NCBI GenBank assembly: GCA_002269645.1
Contig: NIVC01000296.1
Coordinates: forward strand, 186,001 to 250,000
Source of the DNA: Macrostomum lignano
Taxonomy: Eukaryota
DNA length: 64,000 nt
Reading direction: 5' to 3'
Shown: piece by piece, positions 11,041 through 24,859 of the stretch
Numbering within the stretch: the stretch's first letter is position 1
Layout: each line of letters opens with the position of its first letter
Position numbers and translations under genes: made by a program
The notes under the pieces: model-generated
Told to the model about the DNA's origin: nothing
Database searches by the model: none
The model's input: the letters and a program-made list of their open reading frames with translations, nothing else

Positions 11041-12597
11041 TGGGGGGTCAGGGTGCTGGAGTAGGGGTCAGAGTGTTGGAGTGGGGTCAGGGTGTTGCAG
11101 TGGGGTCAGGGTGTTGCAGTGGGGTCAGGGTGTTGGAGTGGGGGTTAGGGTGCTGGAGTGGGGGTTAGGGTGTTGGAGTGGGGTCAGGGTGTTGGTGGGG
11201 TCAGGGTGCTGGAGTAGGGGTCAGGGTGTTGGAGTGGGGTCAGGGTGCTGGAGTGGGGTCAGGGTGTTGGAGTGGGGTCAGGGTGCTGGAGTAGGGGTCA
11301 GGGTGTTGGAGTGGGGTCAGGGTGCTGGAGTAGGGGTCAGGGTGTTGGAGTGGGGTCAGGGTATTGGAGTGGGGTCAGGGTGCTGGAGTAGGGGTCAGGG
11401 TGTTGGAGTGGGGTCAGGGTGCTGGAGTAGGGGTCAGGGTGTTGGAGTGGGGTCAGGGTATTGGAGTGGGGTCAGGGTGCTGGAATAGGGGTCAGGGTGT
11501 TGGATGTTGGTGGGGTCAGGGTGCTGGAATAGGGGTCAGGGTGTTGGAATGGGGTCAGGGTGCTGGAGTAGGGGTCAGGGTGTTGGAGTGGGGTCAGGGT
11601 ATTGGAGTGGGGTCAGGGTGCTGGAGTAGGGGTCAGGGTGTTGGAGTGGGGTCAGGGTGCTGGAGTAGGGGTCAGGGTGTTGGAGTGGGGTCAGGGTATT
11701 GGAGTGGGGTCAGGGTGCTGGAATAGGGGTCAGGGTGTTGGATGTTGGTGGGGTCAGGGTGCTGGAATAGGGGTCAGGGTGTTGGAGTGGGGTCAGGGTG
11801 CTGGAGTGGGGTCAGGGGGCTGGAATGGGGGTCAGGGTGTTGGAGTGGGGTCAGGGTGCTGGAGTAGGGGTCAGGGTGTTGGAGTAGGGGTCAGGGTGTT
11901 GGAGTGGGGTCAGGGTATTGGAGTGGGGTCAGGGTGCTGGAGTAGGGGTCAGGGTGTTGGAGTGGGGTCAGGGTGCTGGAGTAGGGGTCAGGGTGTTGGA
12001 GTGGGGTCAGGGTATTGGAGTGGGGTCAGGGTGCTGGAATAGGGGTCAGGGTGTTGGATGTTGGTGGGGTCAGGGTGCTGGAATAGGGGTCAGGGTGTTG
12101 GATGTTGGTGGGGTCAGGGTGCTGGAATAGGATCAGGGTGTTGGAGTGGGGTCAGGGTGCTGGAGTGGGGTCAGGGGGCTGGAATGGGGGTCAGGGTGTT
12201 GGAGTGGGGTCAGGGTGCTGGAGTAGGGGTCAGGGTGTTGGAGTAGGGGTCAGGGTGTTGGAGTGGGGTCAGGGTATTGGAGTGGGGTCAGGGTGCTGGA
12301 ATAGGGGTCAGGGTGTTGGATGTTGGTGGGGTCAGGGTGCTGGAGTAGGGGTCAGGGTGTTGGAGTGGGGTCAGGGTGCTGGAGTAGGGGTCAGGGTGTT
12401 GGAGTGGGGTCAGGGTATTGGAGTGGGGTCAGGGTGCTGGAATAGGGGTCAGGGTGTTGGATGTTGGTGGGGTCAGGGTGCTGGAATAGGGGTCAGGGTG
12501 TTGGAGTGGGGTCAGGGGGCTGGAATGGGAGTCAGGGTGTTGGAGTGGGGTCAGGGTGCTGGAGTAGGGGTCAGGGTGCTGGAGTGGGGGTCAGGGA
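11041..12597. repeat. 19-bp G-rich minisatellite (GGGGTCAGGGTG[TC]TGGAGT[GA])n
   Basis: About 80 tandem units immediately upstream of the METTL7-like ATG. Confidence 0.97.
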
Positions 12598-13221
12598 TCA
12601 ATTGAGAAAATTAGAACAAGTGCGCTGTAACTTCAGGTGCGACTCACTTACCCACTAAGCCTCAAACTGAATGGCGGATTGGCGCCCAGTTTTGAGTAGA
12701 TTTCCTCCGCAAAGCGCCAAAATTGAAGAGTTGCAAGTAGAAATATTTATATACAGGCTACCCCCCCCACCCAGGCTCTCTCAATCATCGCCAATGTTCA
12801 GCTTGATCCAACTGCGGTTTCCAAGAGGGCGTTGCCACACTATAAGCCATGGGGCGTCACCGGAAGAAAGGCGCGCCTGCATGACGGTGATGAAGGATTA
12901 GGGACGGCTAACCTGAGGGCTCGTTAAAGTGCTCTCCGGTGGCATCCAGCCACCCACACAAATAATCCTTGCACGCGGATAAAAGCGGCAATCAAACAAA
13001 CACGGATACCGCAGCTGAGTCAAGTCCGCTTCCGCATCTGATAGGCTTGCCAGCCTGGCCTTCAATTATAGCTCATGACAGATGAGGCTGGCAAAGCTTT
13101 TTATTGCACATCTGAGCAGTAGAATGAATGGCTCATTGTACTTGCGATTCACGGGATTACACCCTAGCAACCAGTTAGAGATCGCCGCTACAAAGAGAAA
13201 AGCAAAGAAATCAAACTGTTG

Positions 13222-14300
13222 CAGAGGTGGGTCAGCTCATGATTCACACTGGGTCAATCGGGAGAGAGGTGGGTCAGCTCATGATTCACACTGGGTCAAT
13301 CTCGGAGAGGTGGGTCAGCTCATGATTCAAACTGGGTCAATCTCGGAGAGAGGTGGGTCAGCTCATGATTCACACTGGGTCAATCTCGGAGAGGTGGGTC
13401 AGCTCTTGATTCACACTGGGTCAATCTCGGAGAGAGGTGGGTCAGCTCATGATTCAAACTGGGTATATCGGGAGAGAGGTGGGTCAGCTCATGATTCACA
13501 CTGGGTCAATCTCGGAGAGAGGTGGGTCAGCTCATGATTCAAACCGGGTCAATCTCGGAGAGAGGTGGGTCAGCTCATGATTCAAACTGGGTCAATCTCG
13601 GAGAGGTGGGTCAGCTCATGATTCAGACTGGGTCATTCTCGGAGAGAGGTGGGTCAGCTCATGATTCACACTGGGTCAATCTCGGAGAGAGGTGGGTCAG
13701 CTCATGATTCACACTGGGTCAATCTCGGAGAGAGGTAGTGTCAGCTAATGATTCAGACTGGGTCAATCTCGGAGAGAGGTGGGTCAGCTCATGATTCACA
13801 CTGGGTCAATCTCGGAGAGGTGGGTCAGCTCATGATTCACACTGGGTCAATCTCGGAGAGAGGTGGGTCAGCTCATGATTCAGACTGGGTCAATCTCGGA
13901 GAGAAAGGGGTCAGCTCATGATTCACACTGGGTCAATCTCGAAGAGAGGTGGGTCAGCTCATGATTCACACTGAGTCAATCTCGAAGAGATTGGGGGGTC
14001 AGCTCATGATTCAAGCTGGGTAAATCGGGAGAGAGGTGGGTCAGCTCATGATTCACACTGGCTCAATCTCGGAGAGAGGTGGGTCAGCTCATGATTCACA
14101 CTGGGTAAGTCGGGAGAGAAGTGGGTCAGCTCATGATTCACACTGGGTAAATCGGGAGAGAGGTGGGTCAGCTCATGATTCACACTGGGTCAATCTCGGA
14201 GAGAGGTGGGTCAGCTCATGATTCACACTGGCTCAATCTCGGAGAGAGGCGGGTCAGCTCATGATTCAAACTGGGTCAATCGGGAGAGAAGTGGGTCAAG
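13222..14300. repeat. 39-41-bp minisatellite (GAGAGGTGGGTCAGCTCATGATTCACACTGGGTCAATCTCG)n
   Basis: About 26 tandem units. Confidence 0.96.
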
Positions 14301-15009
14301 AAAAATCGGATTAGATAAAAAGAAAATAACGAGCAGAAAATGCGTGAAAACAAAGTTTTCCAAATACAAACTGGTCCTCCAAAAACCAAAATAAAAATTA
14401 TAATACTCCCTCTATTTAGCAAGACCGCAATACGCTACTTATAATTTATTGCAAAGTAGCAATTTAAGGACATAAAATAAGCCAGAGAGACAGATGCACA
14501 AATCAAATAAATTGAATAATATGCAACAAATAAAAGTTGACTCGAATCGATAACATAATATCCAAAAACAGATAAGCCAACATGTCACCCGCGGAAGAAA
14601 AGAACAAAGTGAATCACGAGACGGCGCAAAAATCAGTTAATAAAATCAGCGCATTAATAAATTAAGGAAGGCTAAGCTTTTGCTGCGATAAAAATCGAAT
14701 ATTCGACTATGGATTAGTAAATATGATGACAACTAATGTCATCATCAAAAATGCTATTGTGCGAGCGAAATTAATTATGACACGCCACTCTATACGCTCA
14801 GACACTTAATTACAATCACGTGTGGCATGAAAAGGATAGATACGATTGTAGACAGAATCGATATTCATACATTTATACAATATTACATATTAATACATAT
14901 ATCGGTTGAGACGGACCAATGGGCTAAGAAGACAGACAGGCACACTAAACTGCCACTAAGAAAGAAAGACAGACAGACAGACAGACAGACAGACGGACAG
15001 GAAGAGACC

Positions 15010-16086
15010 AGATCAGGTAGGGATCATCACAACAGGGAACATAAAGGATTATCAGGGATCGTCAGGGACTATCAAAGAACATCAGGGATCATCAAAGAAC
15101 ACCAGGGATCATCAAAGAACATTAGTGATCATCAGTGATCATTAGGGAACATTAGGGAGCATCAGTGATCATCAGTGATCATCAGTGATCATCAGTGATC
15201 ATCAGTGATCATCAGGGATCATCAAGGATCATCAGTGATCATCAGGGATCATCAGTAATCATCAGGGATCATCAGTGATCATCAGTGATCATCAGGGATC
15301 ATCAAGGATCATCAGTGATCATCAGGAATCATCAGTGATCATCAGGGATCATCAGGAATCATCAGTGATCATCAGGGATCATCAGTGATCATCAGGGATC
15401 ATCAGTGATCATCAGGGATCATCAGGGATCATCAAGGATCATCAGTGATCATCAGTAATCATCAGGGATCATCAGTGATCATCAGGAATCATCAGGGATC
15501 ATCAGTGATCATCAGTGATAATCAGGGATCATCAGGGATCATCAGGGATCATCAGGAATCACCAGGGATCATCAGGGATCATCAGTGATCATCAGGAATC
15601 ATCAGGGATCATCAGTGATCATCAAGGATCATCAGGGATCATCAGGGATCATCAGGGATCATCAGGGATCATCAGGGATCATCAGGAATCATCAAGGATC
15701 ATCAGGGATCATCAGGGATCATCAGGGATCATCAGGAATCATCAAGGATCATCAGTGATCATCAGGAATCATCAGTGATCATCGATGATCATCAAGGATC
15801 ATCAGTGATCATCAGGGATCATCAGGGATCATCAATGATCATCAGGGATCATCAAGGATCATCAGTGATTATCAGGAATCATCAGTGATCATCGATGATC
15901 ATCAAGGATCATCAGTGATCATCAGGAATCATCAAGGATCATCAGTGATCATCAGGGATCATTAGGAATCATCAAGGATCATCAGTGATCATCAGGGATC
16001 ATCAGGAATCATCAAGGATCATCAGTGATAATCAGGGATCATCAGGAATCATCAAGGATCATTAGTGATCATCAGTGATCATCAGG
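15010..16086. repeat. 10-bp minisatellite (GATCATCAG[GT])n
   Basis: About 100 units with variants. Confidence 0.97.
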
Positions 16087-16605
16087 GGGGATCGTCACAC
16101 AGCAGTCCAGCCGCTGATTAAAGGCCTACAAATATGGAATGAGTGACAGCAGACACGGGCTGTTCGGCAGCAAAGTCCAGGCTGTCGTAACCGGTTCGGC
16201 GCTGATGCTGGCAGCTGTGACTGAGCCACAAGAAGCCCCAATAGCGACAGTTGCCGGGGCCGCTGCAAAAATAAGATTGAGCTGCATTGCTAAATCAAGT
16301 AAAAATTTGAGCACATTTTGACGGCATTGTCCAGAATAAGCATCGGGTCACTACGGTGGATGACAGACAAATTTTGTGCAGCGAACACACAGAAACTGAA
16401 GCTGCTAAGTAGGCCATACGAATTTCCGGAGACAATTGTTAACTACCAGTATGATACAGTCATGCAGCTTGCACCTTATAAGTAATTTTGTTTTAAAAAT
16501 AAGTACTCTTATTATTGTTACCTTTAATGCTTCTTTAGTGTTAATGTGTGTTTCTGTGAATAACAGAAGACAATGCAAAACAAAGTTGATGAGTTGAGCC
16601 ACGTA

Positions 16606-17040
16606 TGCTAATTATGCACAATAGTTTGTGTACATTGTATATGCATGTACATTATGCACAATAGTTTGTGTACATTGTATATGCATGTACATTATGCACA
16701 ATAGTTTGTGTACATTGTATATGCATGTACATTATGCAAAATAGTTCATGTACACTGTATATGCATGTACATTATGCACAATAGTTCGTGTACATTGTAT
16801 ATGCATGTACATTATGCAAAATAGTTCATGTACACTGTATATGCATGTACATTATGCACAATAGTTCGTGTACATTGTATATGCATGTACATTATGCAAA
16901 ATAGTTCATGTACACTGTATATGCATGTACATTATGCACAATAGTTCGTGTACATTGTATATGCATGCACATTATGCACAATAGTTCATGTACACTGTAT
17001 ATGCATGTACATTATGCACAATATTTCATGCAAACAGCAA
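16606..17040. repeat. 40-bp minisatellite (ATTATGCACAATAGTTTGTGTACATTGTATATGCATGTAC)n
   Basis: About 10 tandem units. Confidence 0.95.
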
Positions 17041-17264
17041 ACATGTACACTATGTACACTAAGTAAATTTCGCAAGTTTTACATGCTCACAGCGGATAAT
17101 AAATAAACAAAAAAAAGCTCCTGCAATCTTCAGGTGCAAACAAAGCAAGAGGGTACACATGAAGGTCCTGCAAGTCAATTCGGATAGAAATGCAAGCTAT
17201 AATAAATCAAGCTTCGTGTCTATGGCCCAAAAACGGGGATCTACTACGTTCGTAGAGCAACCAA

Positions 17265-17458
17265 TTAGAGAATTTTGGCGTGTCTTTCGGGTACAAAGAC
17301 ACGGCCTACCCACCTGGCAGTTTTACAGCTAGGCAATTTGAATTCGCGCGTCAATACCAGACAGATTGGCAGGCTGCCAAGATCGTAATAGGCGGTGAAG
17401 TGAAACAGGATATTGGCGTAAACTACGGCGTATTCCGCAACGGCAAAGTAGGTGTACA
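17265..17458 (-). CDS. PGAP2: PGAP2/FRAG1-like (Frag1/DRAM/Sfk1 family), exon 5
   Basis: Acceptor cattccag|TG; (M)[27 protein letters not shown] matches PGAP2 [28 protein letters not shown]; TAA at 17267-17265. Confidence 0.9.
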
Positions 17459-17582
17459 CTGGAATGAAGGGGTTTCAACAGAGCGGTGAAACAATGCGCA
17501 ATGCAGAACACTACTATGAGTAGCTAAATCCACAGTGAAAGCTCTTAAACTATTAACATGGATCGAATATCCTGTTAAAGGC

Positions 17583-17769
<187 letters not shown>

Positions 17770-17842
17770 GCACTATGACTATTTCTGTGTGAAAAAGCTA
17801 CTTAATAAACTATCGATCAAGTCGTGCTTGCATTGAACTCAC

Positions 17843-17942
17843 TCATGTCCTCGCAGTAGGCCTGGTGCCTGGCGTAAAAGTACACGGCTAGAAGGATGCT
17901 GGCGCAATAGGCAGAGAGCAGCAGCAGTTTGGCCAGAAAGCA
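17843..17942 (-). CDS. PGAP2: PGAP2/FRAG1-like, exon 4
   Basis: cgtttcag|TGC...ATG A|gtgagt; CFLAKLLLLSAYCASILLAVYFYARHQAYCEDM resembles PGAP2 LAVYFRHNMYCE. Confidence 0.88.
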
Positions 17943-18028
17943 CTGAAACGGTTAAATATACAGTAAAAACGTTGCTTTTTTAACTATATGTAAATTAAAA
18001 ACAGGAAGGCACTGAACGACCTACTCAC

Positions 18029-18159
18029 CCTAGTAGTGAATAAGACGCGCTGGGTGCCGGCTATAAACTTGGACCGGATTCGCGAGGCAACCCACAGATG
18101 CAGCAGCATGTAGGCGAATGAGGAGAGCAGGAAGGTGATAAAGCAGTTCCGGTGAACGG
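18029..18159 (-). CDS. PGAP2: PGAP2/FRAG1-like, exon 3
   Basis: cccgcag|CC...AGG|gtgagt; (A)VHRNCFITFLLSSFAYMLL resembles PGAP2 IHENAFIVFIASSLGHMLL. Confidence 0.88.
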
Positions 18160-18282
18160 CTGCGGGAATTGGTGAACGGCTCCTTTCGTTGAACAGGATA
18201 TTAGCAGAAAAGGGACTGACATCATGAATGTGGTAGACAAATGACAGACAGGGGAATTTAATATGCAAACAGTCAGACAGGC

Positions 18283-18440
18283 ACAGCAAGACAGACAGAC
18301 TGACTGAGACAGACTTACAGACAGACAGACAGACAGACACACACACACACAGACAGACACACACACAGACAGACAGACTGAGACAGACTTACAGACAGAC
18401 AGACTGAGACAGACTTACAGACAGACAGACAGACAGACAG
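18283..18440. repeat. (GACA)/(CA) compound microsatellite, PGAP2-like intron 2
   Basis: Directly visible tract. Confidence 0.93.
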
Positions 18441-18460
18441 CCAGCCACACGGACGCCCAC

Positions 18461-18734
18461 CATAGTTATCAGTAGAGGCAATCACGGAGAGGCCCAGCAG
18501 CGAGGCCAGCTCCAGACAGCCCAGCCCAAAGTGGGCCCCCGGGATGAGGCTGGCAGCCCCGCAGCTGTCCGACACCCGCCAAGTTGCTGACAGCCGCGCC
18601 GCGATCTCCTGACGATAGGCGGCCGCCACCAGCAGGCGAAGGGCGCAGCTGACGGCGATGCTGACGGACCAGATCCGCTTCTCCAGGCTGCGCTGCCCCA
18701 CCGCTGCGCTGATTGACGGCAGTCGGTTGACGTT
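18461..18734 (-). CDS. PGAP2: PGAP2/FRAG1-like, exon 2
   Basis: ttgcag|AAC...TAT G|gtgggc; NVNRLPSISAAVG...KRIWSVSIAVSCALRLLVAAAY resembles YLPSVSSAIG...[22 protein letters not shown]. Confidence 0.9.
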
Positions 18735-19018
18735 CTGCAATAGACAGCGGATGTCCAGCCTGTCTGATCTCAGCCTATCTAATCTCAGCCTATCTGATCT
18801 CAGCCTGTCTGATCTCAGCCTGTCTGCTCCCAACCTATCTAATCTCAGATTGATAGACCAAGACTGAAAGACAAAGATAGCCATGCTGAGATAGACAGGC
18901 TTATCTCGTCCGAGCGATCTAATTGTTTTCCTTCGATTCCCTGTCTATAATATTTTATGGATCTCATCTCAGCTGGTGACTATGGCCATTTATAGTTATT
19001 AAAAACTCCGCTGCTTAC

Positions 19019-19147
19019 CCTGCAGTGCGTAGCCAGCGCACCCTCCCCGCGGTAGTGCACCGCAATGCATACGCAGGCTAGCAGGGCCGCAGCAGGCAGA
19101 GCGGAGGCAAACAGGGCCAGAGGTCGCATCCAGCTGCCGCTGCTCAT
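19019..19147 (-). CDS. PGAP2: PGAP2/FRAG1-like, exon 1
   Basis: ATG 19147; TM1 then ATHCR|gtaagc (PGAP2 TATHC). Five exons join in frame to about 275 aa. Confidence 0.85.
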
Positions 19148-19239
19148 GTTAAGTAACTCTCTGCTGCGCACTGCAGTTACAGGCGGGCCTGAAATGCCGA
19201 TAAACAGCGGCTATCTTAGCCGTAAAACTCAAGGATGTG

Positions 19240-20408
19240 CTGCCGAGAGTGTGACGTACTCAAGGATGTATTACAGAGAGTGTGACGTACTCAAGGATGT
19301 GCTGCAGAGAGTGTGAAGTACTCAAGGATGTGCTACAGAGTGTGACGTACTCAAGGATGTTGCAGAGAGTGTGACGTACTCAATGATGTGCTACAGAGTG
19401 TGACGTACTCAAGGATGTTGCAGAGAGTGTGACGTACTCAAGGATGTTGCAGAGAGTGTGACGTACTCAATGATGTGCTACAGAGTGTGACGTATTCAAG
19501 GATGTGCTGCAGAGTGTGACGTACTCAAGGATGTGCTGCAGAGTGTGACGTACTCAAGGATGTATTTCAGAGAGTGTGACGTACTCAAGGATGTGCTGCA
19601 GAGTGTGACGTACTCAAGGATGTGCTGCAGAGTGTGACGTACTCAAGGATGTGCTACAGAGTGTGACGTACTCAAGGATGTTGCAGAGAGTGTGACGTAC
19701 TCAGGATGTTGCAGAGAGTGTGACGTACTCAGGATGTGGTTCATAGAGTGTGACGTACTCAAGGATGTATTTCAGAGAGTGTGGCGTACTCAAGGATGTG
19801 CTGCAGAGTGTGACGTACTCAAGGATGTGCTGCAGAGAGTGTGACGTACTCAAGGATGTTGCAGAGAGTGTGACGTACTCAAGGATGTATTTCAGAGAGT
19901 GTGAAGTACTCAAGGATGTATTTCAGAGAGTGTGACGTACTCAAGGATGTTGCAGAGTGTGACGTACTCAAGGATGTGCTGCAGAGAGTGTGAAGTACTC
20001 TAGGATGTGCTGCAGAGAGTGTGAAGTACTCAAGGATGTGCTTCATAGAATGTGACCTATTCAAGGATGTATTACAGAGAGTGTGACGTACTCAGGATGT
20101 GCTTCATAGAGTGTGACGTACTCAAGGATGTTGCAGAGAGTGTGACGTACTCAAGGATGTGCTGCAGAGTGTGACGTACTCAAGGATGTGCTGCAGAGTG
20201 TGACGTACTCAAGGATGTGCTGCAGAGTGTGACGTACTCAAAGATGTATTACAGAGGATGTGACGTACTCAAAGATGTATTACAGAGGGTGTGACGTACT
20301 CAAAGATGTATTACAGAGGGTGTGACGTACTCAAAGATGTATTACAGAGGGTCTGACGTACTCAAAGATGTATTGCAGAGTGTGACGTACTCAAGGATGT
20401 GCTGCAGG
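19240..20408. repeat. ~29-31-bp minisatellite (GTGTGACGTACTCAAGGATGTGCTGCAGA)n
   Basis: About 38 units, starting ~90 bp upstream of the PGAP2-like ATG. Confidence 0.96.
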
Positions 20409-21786
20409 GAGTATGCTGTGTGCTCAAGAATGTGAACATGAACTGGTAACAGACTCTAATTGTGAGCACCTTATTGCACAAGCATACTACTTAGGCTTGG
20501 TGTTTCAACAGCATATGATGCACAATTGAGAAACGGCACTGAGTAGAGATAGAAAATCCACATTAACGCGGGTTGAGCACTCAGGCAAGAGAGCTGCTCT
20601 CACTTAAATAACAGCTTTATGAAATATTATATTGATATAATTGATACACTGTTGATCCACTAGCTTGTTTATTGCAGAGACCAAAAAATTCAGCTATCAT
20701 TCAGTTTTCACTGAACCGCGCATTTCAAAGTCAAATAATACACTGTAAAGTCGCATATACTACTAAGATAGTAGGGTAATAAACGAATGCGAGTGACCGA
20801 ATGAGTACGCACGCGGCGGTCCTGTGTGTACTGATGCTTACTCGTAGAAAATGATAAAATATGAAAAAAAACCTGGAATTTCACAACCTGCACAGTTTGA
20901 TCCGACCCGTACATTATTGCGCAAAAATACCAATTACAAGAATACTTGAATATATAGCTCGTAAGTCCATACGCTTAACACTACTAAATAGCTATTAGTA
21001 GCAATGAAAGCAAAAACTGTGCGAAATTGTAATAAGAATAAGAAATTCATCTTCATCTAAAATATGACAAGCATAACACAAACAACAAGCAACGGATGAA
21101 CAAAGGAAAGCATTGATTTTATGAAGAGTTCAGGACTTAGGTTGAATTTTAGCTAGTAAAAATATAGAACGCCTAATAGTAAAAAATTACGTGTTTGATT
21201 ACAAAAATGGCGTACCAAAGGTACTCAAAACTACAATGAATATTTGGTCCTCTGCAACTCGCACAAGTGAGACAGAGGTAGGCAGAGCCAATTATTCATT
21301 AGACCTAATGACGCAGCTCTGAGTTGGTAATAATTCTTCTTTGGAAAAGTAAAAAAAATAAAACATATAAAGTATATACGGTATACGGGAAATGAAAAAC
21401 ATTACGAAGACTAAAGCACTGCTAGAGCCTGCAGTGGATTTTTATACTATAAAATCATGCTCGCCAGTGTAAAAGGTAGCAATGCGAGAAAGCAGCTGAC
21501 TCTGAGAATGCGCGCGACTTTCATGACAAGTAGGACAGACAGGTAGAGAGAGAGGCTGGGGAATACGAAGACAGACAGAGAGGACACATTTGAGGGGGGG
21601 AAGAGCTCAGCGGTAACCGCATCTGACTCTCGCACTTCAACACAGGTAAAATAAGAAAGAAGTGACTCTAGAGGACTCTAAAACGACAATATCAAAAATT
21701 TAAATTTGAGGTATTTTTTTGTACGGCTCGTAGTCTACTTGAGTTAGTAGAAAGTTAAGCGCTAACGGCACAGATTCTAGAATGAC

Positions 21787-22193
21787 TAGATGAGCCACTC
21801 AGGCATTTATACATAGCAAAACAGCTTTCTACTTTCAGTTCAGTAGCAAAGAAGAATACATAAGCTATTTTTATAAGAAGGCAGCTGAACTAACTTTGAT
21901 AAGTTCAGAAGCCCAAGCTTGCAGGCGTAAACAACTTGCTAATTGGTTCAGCAGTAATGTACATTAGCCAGTCCACTGAAATGTACATGGCAGCTTTAGG
22001 CTGGAATTCAGAGGAAGGCAATAAAAATTGGGGCGGGTGGGGGGTAGCGTGGAAAGGCGCGGCTGGGGGTGCATGATGGGGTTTAAGAGCCAATGAATGA
22101 GACTTGGCTTTAAAAATAGATTAAAATGCTTCTGTTTAATTTACTACTGAACTGAAAGTAGCTTACACGCAAATGTGCTGAGTGGCCCATCTA
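21787..22193. mobile_element. Probable MITE with imperfect long TIRs and flanking TA
   Basis: TAGATGAGCCACTCAG...CTACTTTCAGTTCAGTAG at left; reverse complement CTACTGAACTGAAAGTAG...CTGAGTGGCCCATCTA at right. Confidence 0.6.
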
Positions 22194-22931
22194 ATTTTTT
22201 CAAGTATCCGTGGCGCTAACACAATGACTTTTTACGATTCTGCAACCCACGCAATGCGCTCGTGACTCAAGGGTTTCCTTTCCGTCGCATCGCAGTCGTT
22301 TAAGTCGTTAAAAAATCACGAGAGTCACCCCAGACTCGCTAGAGTCACGCTAGTGGGTTGCTTAAAATAACTTTTTTGCGATTTTAGTCACGGTGACTTT
22401 TTCAACGGGCATGAGGGTCAGCCCCCAAGGCACAGAGTGTACATGCCTGACGATTGGAAATTCGCAAGGGCCGCTGTACACCTGGGTTGCCTCAGCGTTG
22501 GTTGTGGGAGAGAGAGAGAGAGTATAGAAGTCAGAAGACACAGCAGTGAAAAGCGATACAAAGCAGATAAAAAAGAACTAATTAAATACGCATCCACATT
22601 AGCTGAAAAGAAGAAATTAATCTAGCAACAGATTTACTTATTATCAAATCAGTAAGTATTGGACCAGCAAGTCAAACAAAGCTACTGCAAGTAGCCAAAA
22701 GCGATATGCAAATAAAAGAATTCAATTTCTACGCTTGTACATTGATCAAAAGCATTTCGCTTTTTTAGATACAATTTTGCACGTTTGCCTGGATGATTAA
22801 AAACAGGCACTAAATGACAAGTTTGAATGATATAGACAGGACAGCTGATCAACATCTCTCGCATACAGTGAGTGAGAGAGAGACAAATGCCGCGCACAAA
22901 ACCAGAAGGACATGCAGAGCCGGACAGCTGA

Positions 22932-23524
22932 TCAAATCCGACTCTCGATCTCTTCAAGCGGCGGCGGCTCGTGCGCCGGGAACTGGTCGTGATAGGTCAG
23001 GGGTTCGATTCCAGTAGCCGGGGCAGCGGAGGTCGACGCAGCGGAGTCTGCGGCGGGAGCGACAATGATGGTTGGAGGCGGCGTGTGCATCGGCTGCTGC
23101 TGCTGGCCATAGTCGGCGATCTCCCCGCCAACTAAGAACGTGGAGGCGGCATTCGGACTATAGTTGTTATTGTTGCCATGGTAACTGTGCGAGCCGCTGT
23201 ATGACGCCGTCTCGTCGTTATTAGCAGCGGCCGCTCTTGCAGCTCTGGCCGCCTCCCACTGGCTGAGGGCGCGAAGGGGGAAGCCGGCCAGGCCCGACAG
23301 CGCCAGCAGGGCGCCGGCTGCGTAGAAGGAGGCCGCCAGGCCCGGCCCGCCCACTGGCCCCAGAGCCGCCGCCGGCGCCCAGCCATTAGCGAAGGTGGCT
23401 GTCAAAGGTGGCCCGACGACCAGGCCGGCGCCTTGGATCAGCAGGAGGAGGCCGAAGGCGTTGGTCAGGCGGTCCAAGCCCATCAGGTCCACCACCAGAA
23501 TGGTGCGTAGGGAGGTCCATGCGG
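22932..23524 (-). CDS. SLC16: SLC16 monocarboxylate transporter (MFS), exon 8 (last)
   Basis: gccgcag|CC; (S)AWTSLRTILVVDLMGLDRLTNAFGLLLLIQGAGLVVGPPL is the typical MCT TM10-11 motif; TGA at 22934-22932. Confidence 0.92.
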
Positions 23525-23560
23525 CTGCGGCGGCGGGTGCGGCAATGAATGAGCGGCTAC

Positions 23561-23850
<290 letters not shown>

Positions 23851-23856
23851 ACTCAC

Positions 23857-24003
23857 AGGTGAAGACTCCATAGCAACAGGCGCAGACAGCCAGCGAGGTG
23901 AAGCTGTCTAACAGGGGCACGGCAGCGGTGGCCAGCCCGGCGCCAATGAGGGTGAGGTTGTTGACCCACAGACAGTCGGACCAGGACCGATCGCCAGCCC
24001 AGG
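23857..24003 (-). CDS. SLC16: SLC16 transporter, exon 7
   Basis: gtctctag|CC...ACC T|gtgagt; WAGDRSWSDCLWVNNLTLIGAGLATAAVPLL. Confidence 0.88.
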
Positions 24004-24859
24004 CTAGAGACGAAATGGGCAGCGTGAGGCGGCATTGAGCACAGAAGCAAATACAAGTAACTAAAAGTACATAAGGACACGAAAACAAGCGCATGCTTAA
24101 AGTTTAAAAATAAACCTGGGGAGCTAATGACTCACTTAATTACTTATACTGGAGTAGAGGGCGGGCACTGTAAGTTGCGCAGCACAAGCATGGTTAAAAT
24201 CTATTTATTTATCATCAAGCAAGTTATCAAGTTAAATTTATTAAGCGCTTCGTACAGCTTTTACTAAGAATAAGCAGTGTTTGGCATTAATAATATCAAT
24301 AGAAATTCGGGTTAAGAAAGTTTTCATTCATTTGCAATTATATTTTTTCATGAATTTTGGATAAATTGAAATCTAAATAACATACACAACAGCGAAAGTT
24401 TTAATACTTCTCGAAATATTAAATTAGACTCAAAAACAGCTTAGAATTGTTTAAAAATGTTAAATTTAAATCACAGGCCTCGCAGACCTAAATGTTTGTT
24501 TCCTTGAAAGGCTTAAAATTTCCCGAAAAATAATAAAAAATCATGCGGGTTTAATGTCTTTTTAAATACTTTTCTAATAAAATAGAAAATATCCCTTCAA
24601 TAAAAATGGAATCAATGATAATAAGTTATCCATATTGTTAGTAGTTAGTCCCAATGACAGACTAGAATGAATAGCTAGTTATGTCACTCGTATTAATTGT
24701 TGTGAAAAAAATTACGAGTAAAGTGTCAACTCTATTTTCAGTAGTTTGTCTGCGCAATGTCACTTAAATTTAATGTGGCAGCTAAAACTTCCGTTTCTGC
24801 CTTGGGGTTTGCCGCCTCAGGAGCATAGGGGGTCAAGCATTTAACAACAAGACTTGATG

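Noticed and set aside
15010-16086. CTGATGA hammerhead box repeated on the minus strand
   Set aside because: Just the 10-bp satellite unit; no stem II or GAAA box.
16126-16321. Short overlapping ORFs on both strands
   Set aside because: About 60 aa, no splice or homology support.
17280-17489. Plus-strand 69-aa ORF that looks protein-like
   Set aside because: Antisense shadow of PGAP2-like exon 5.
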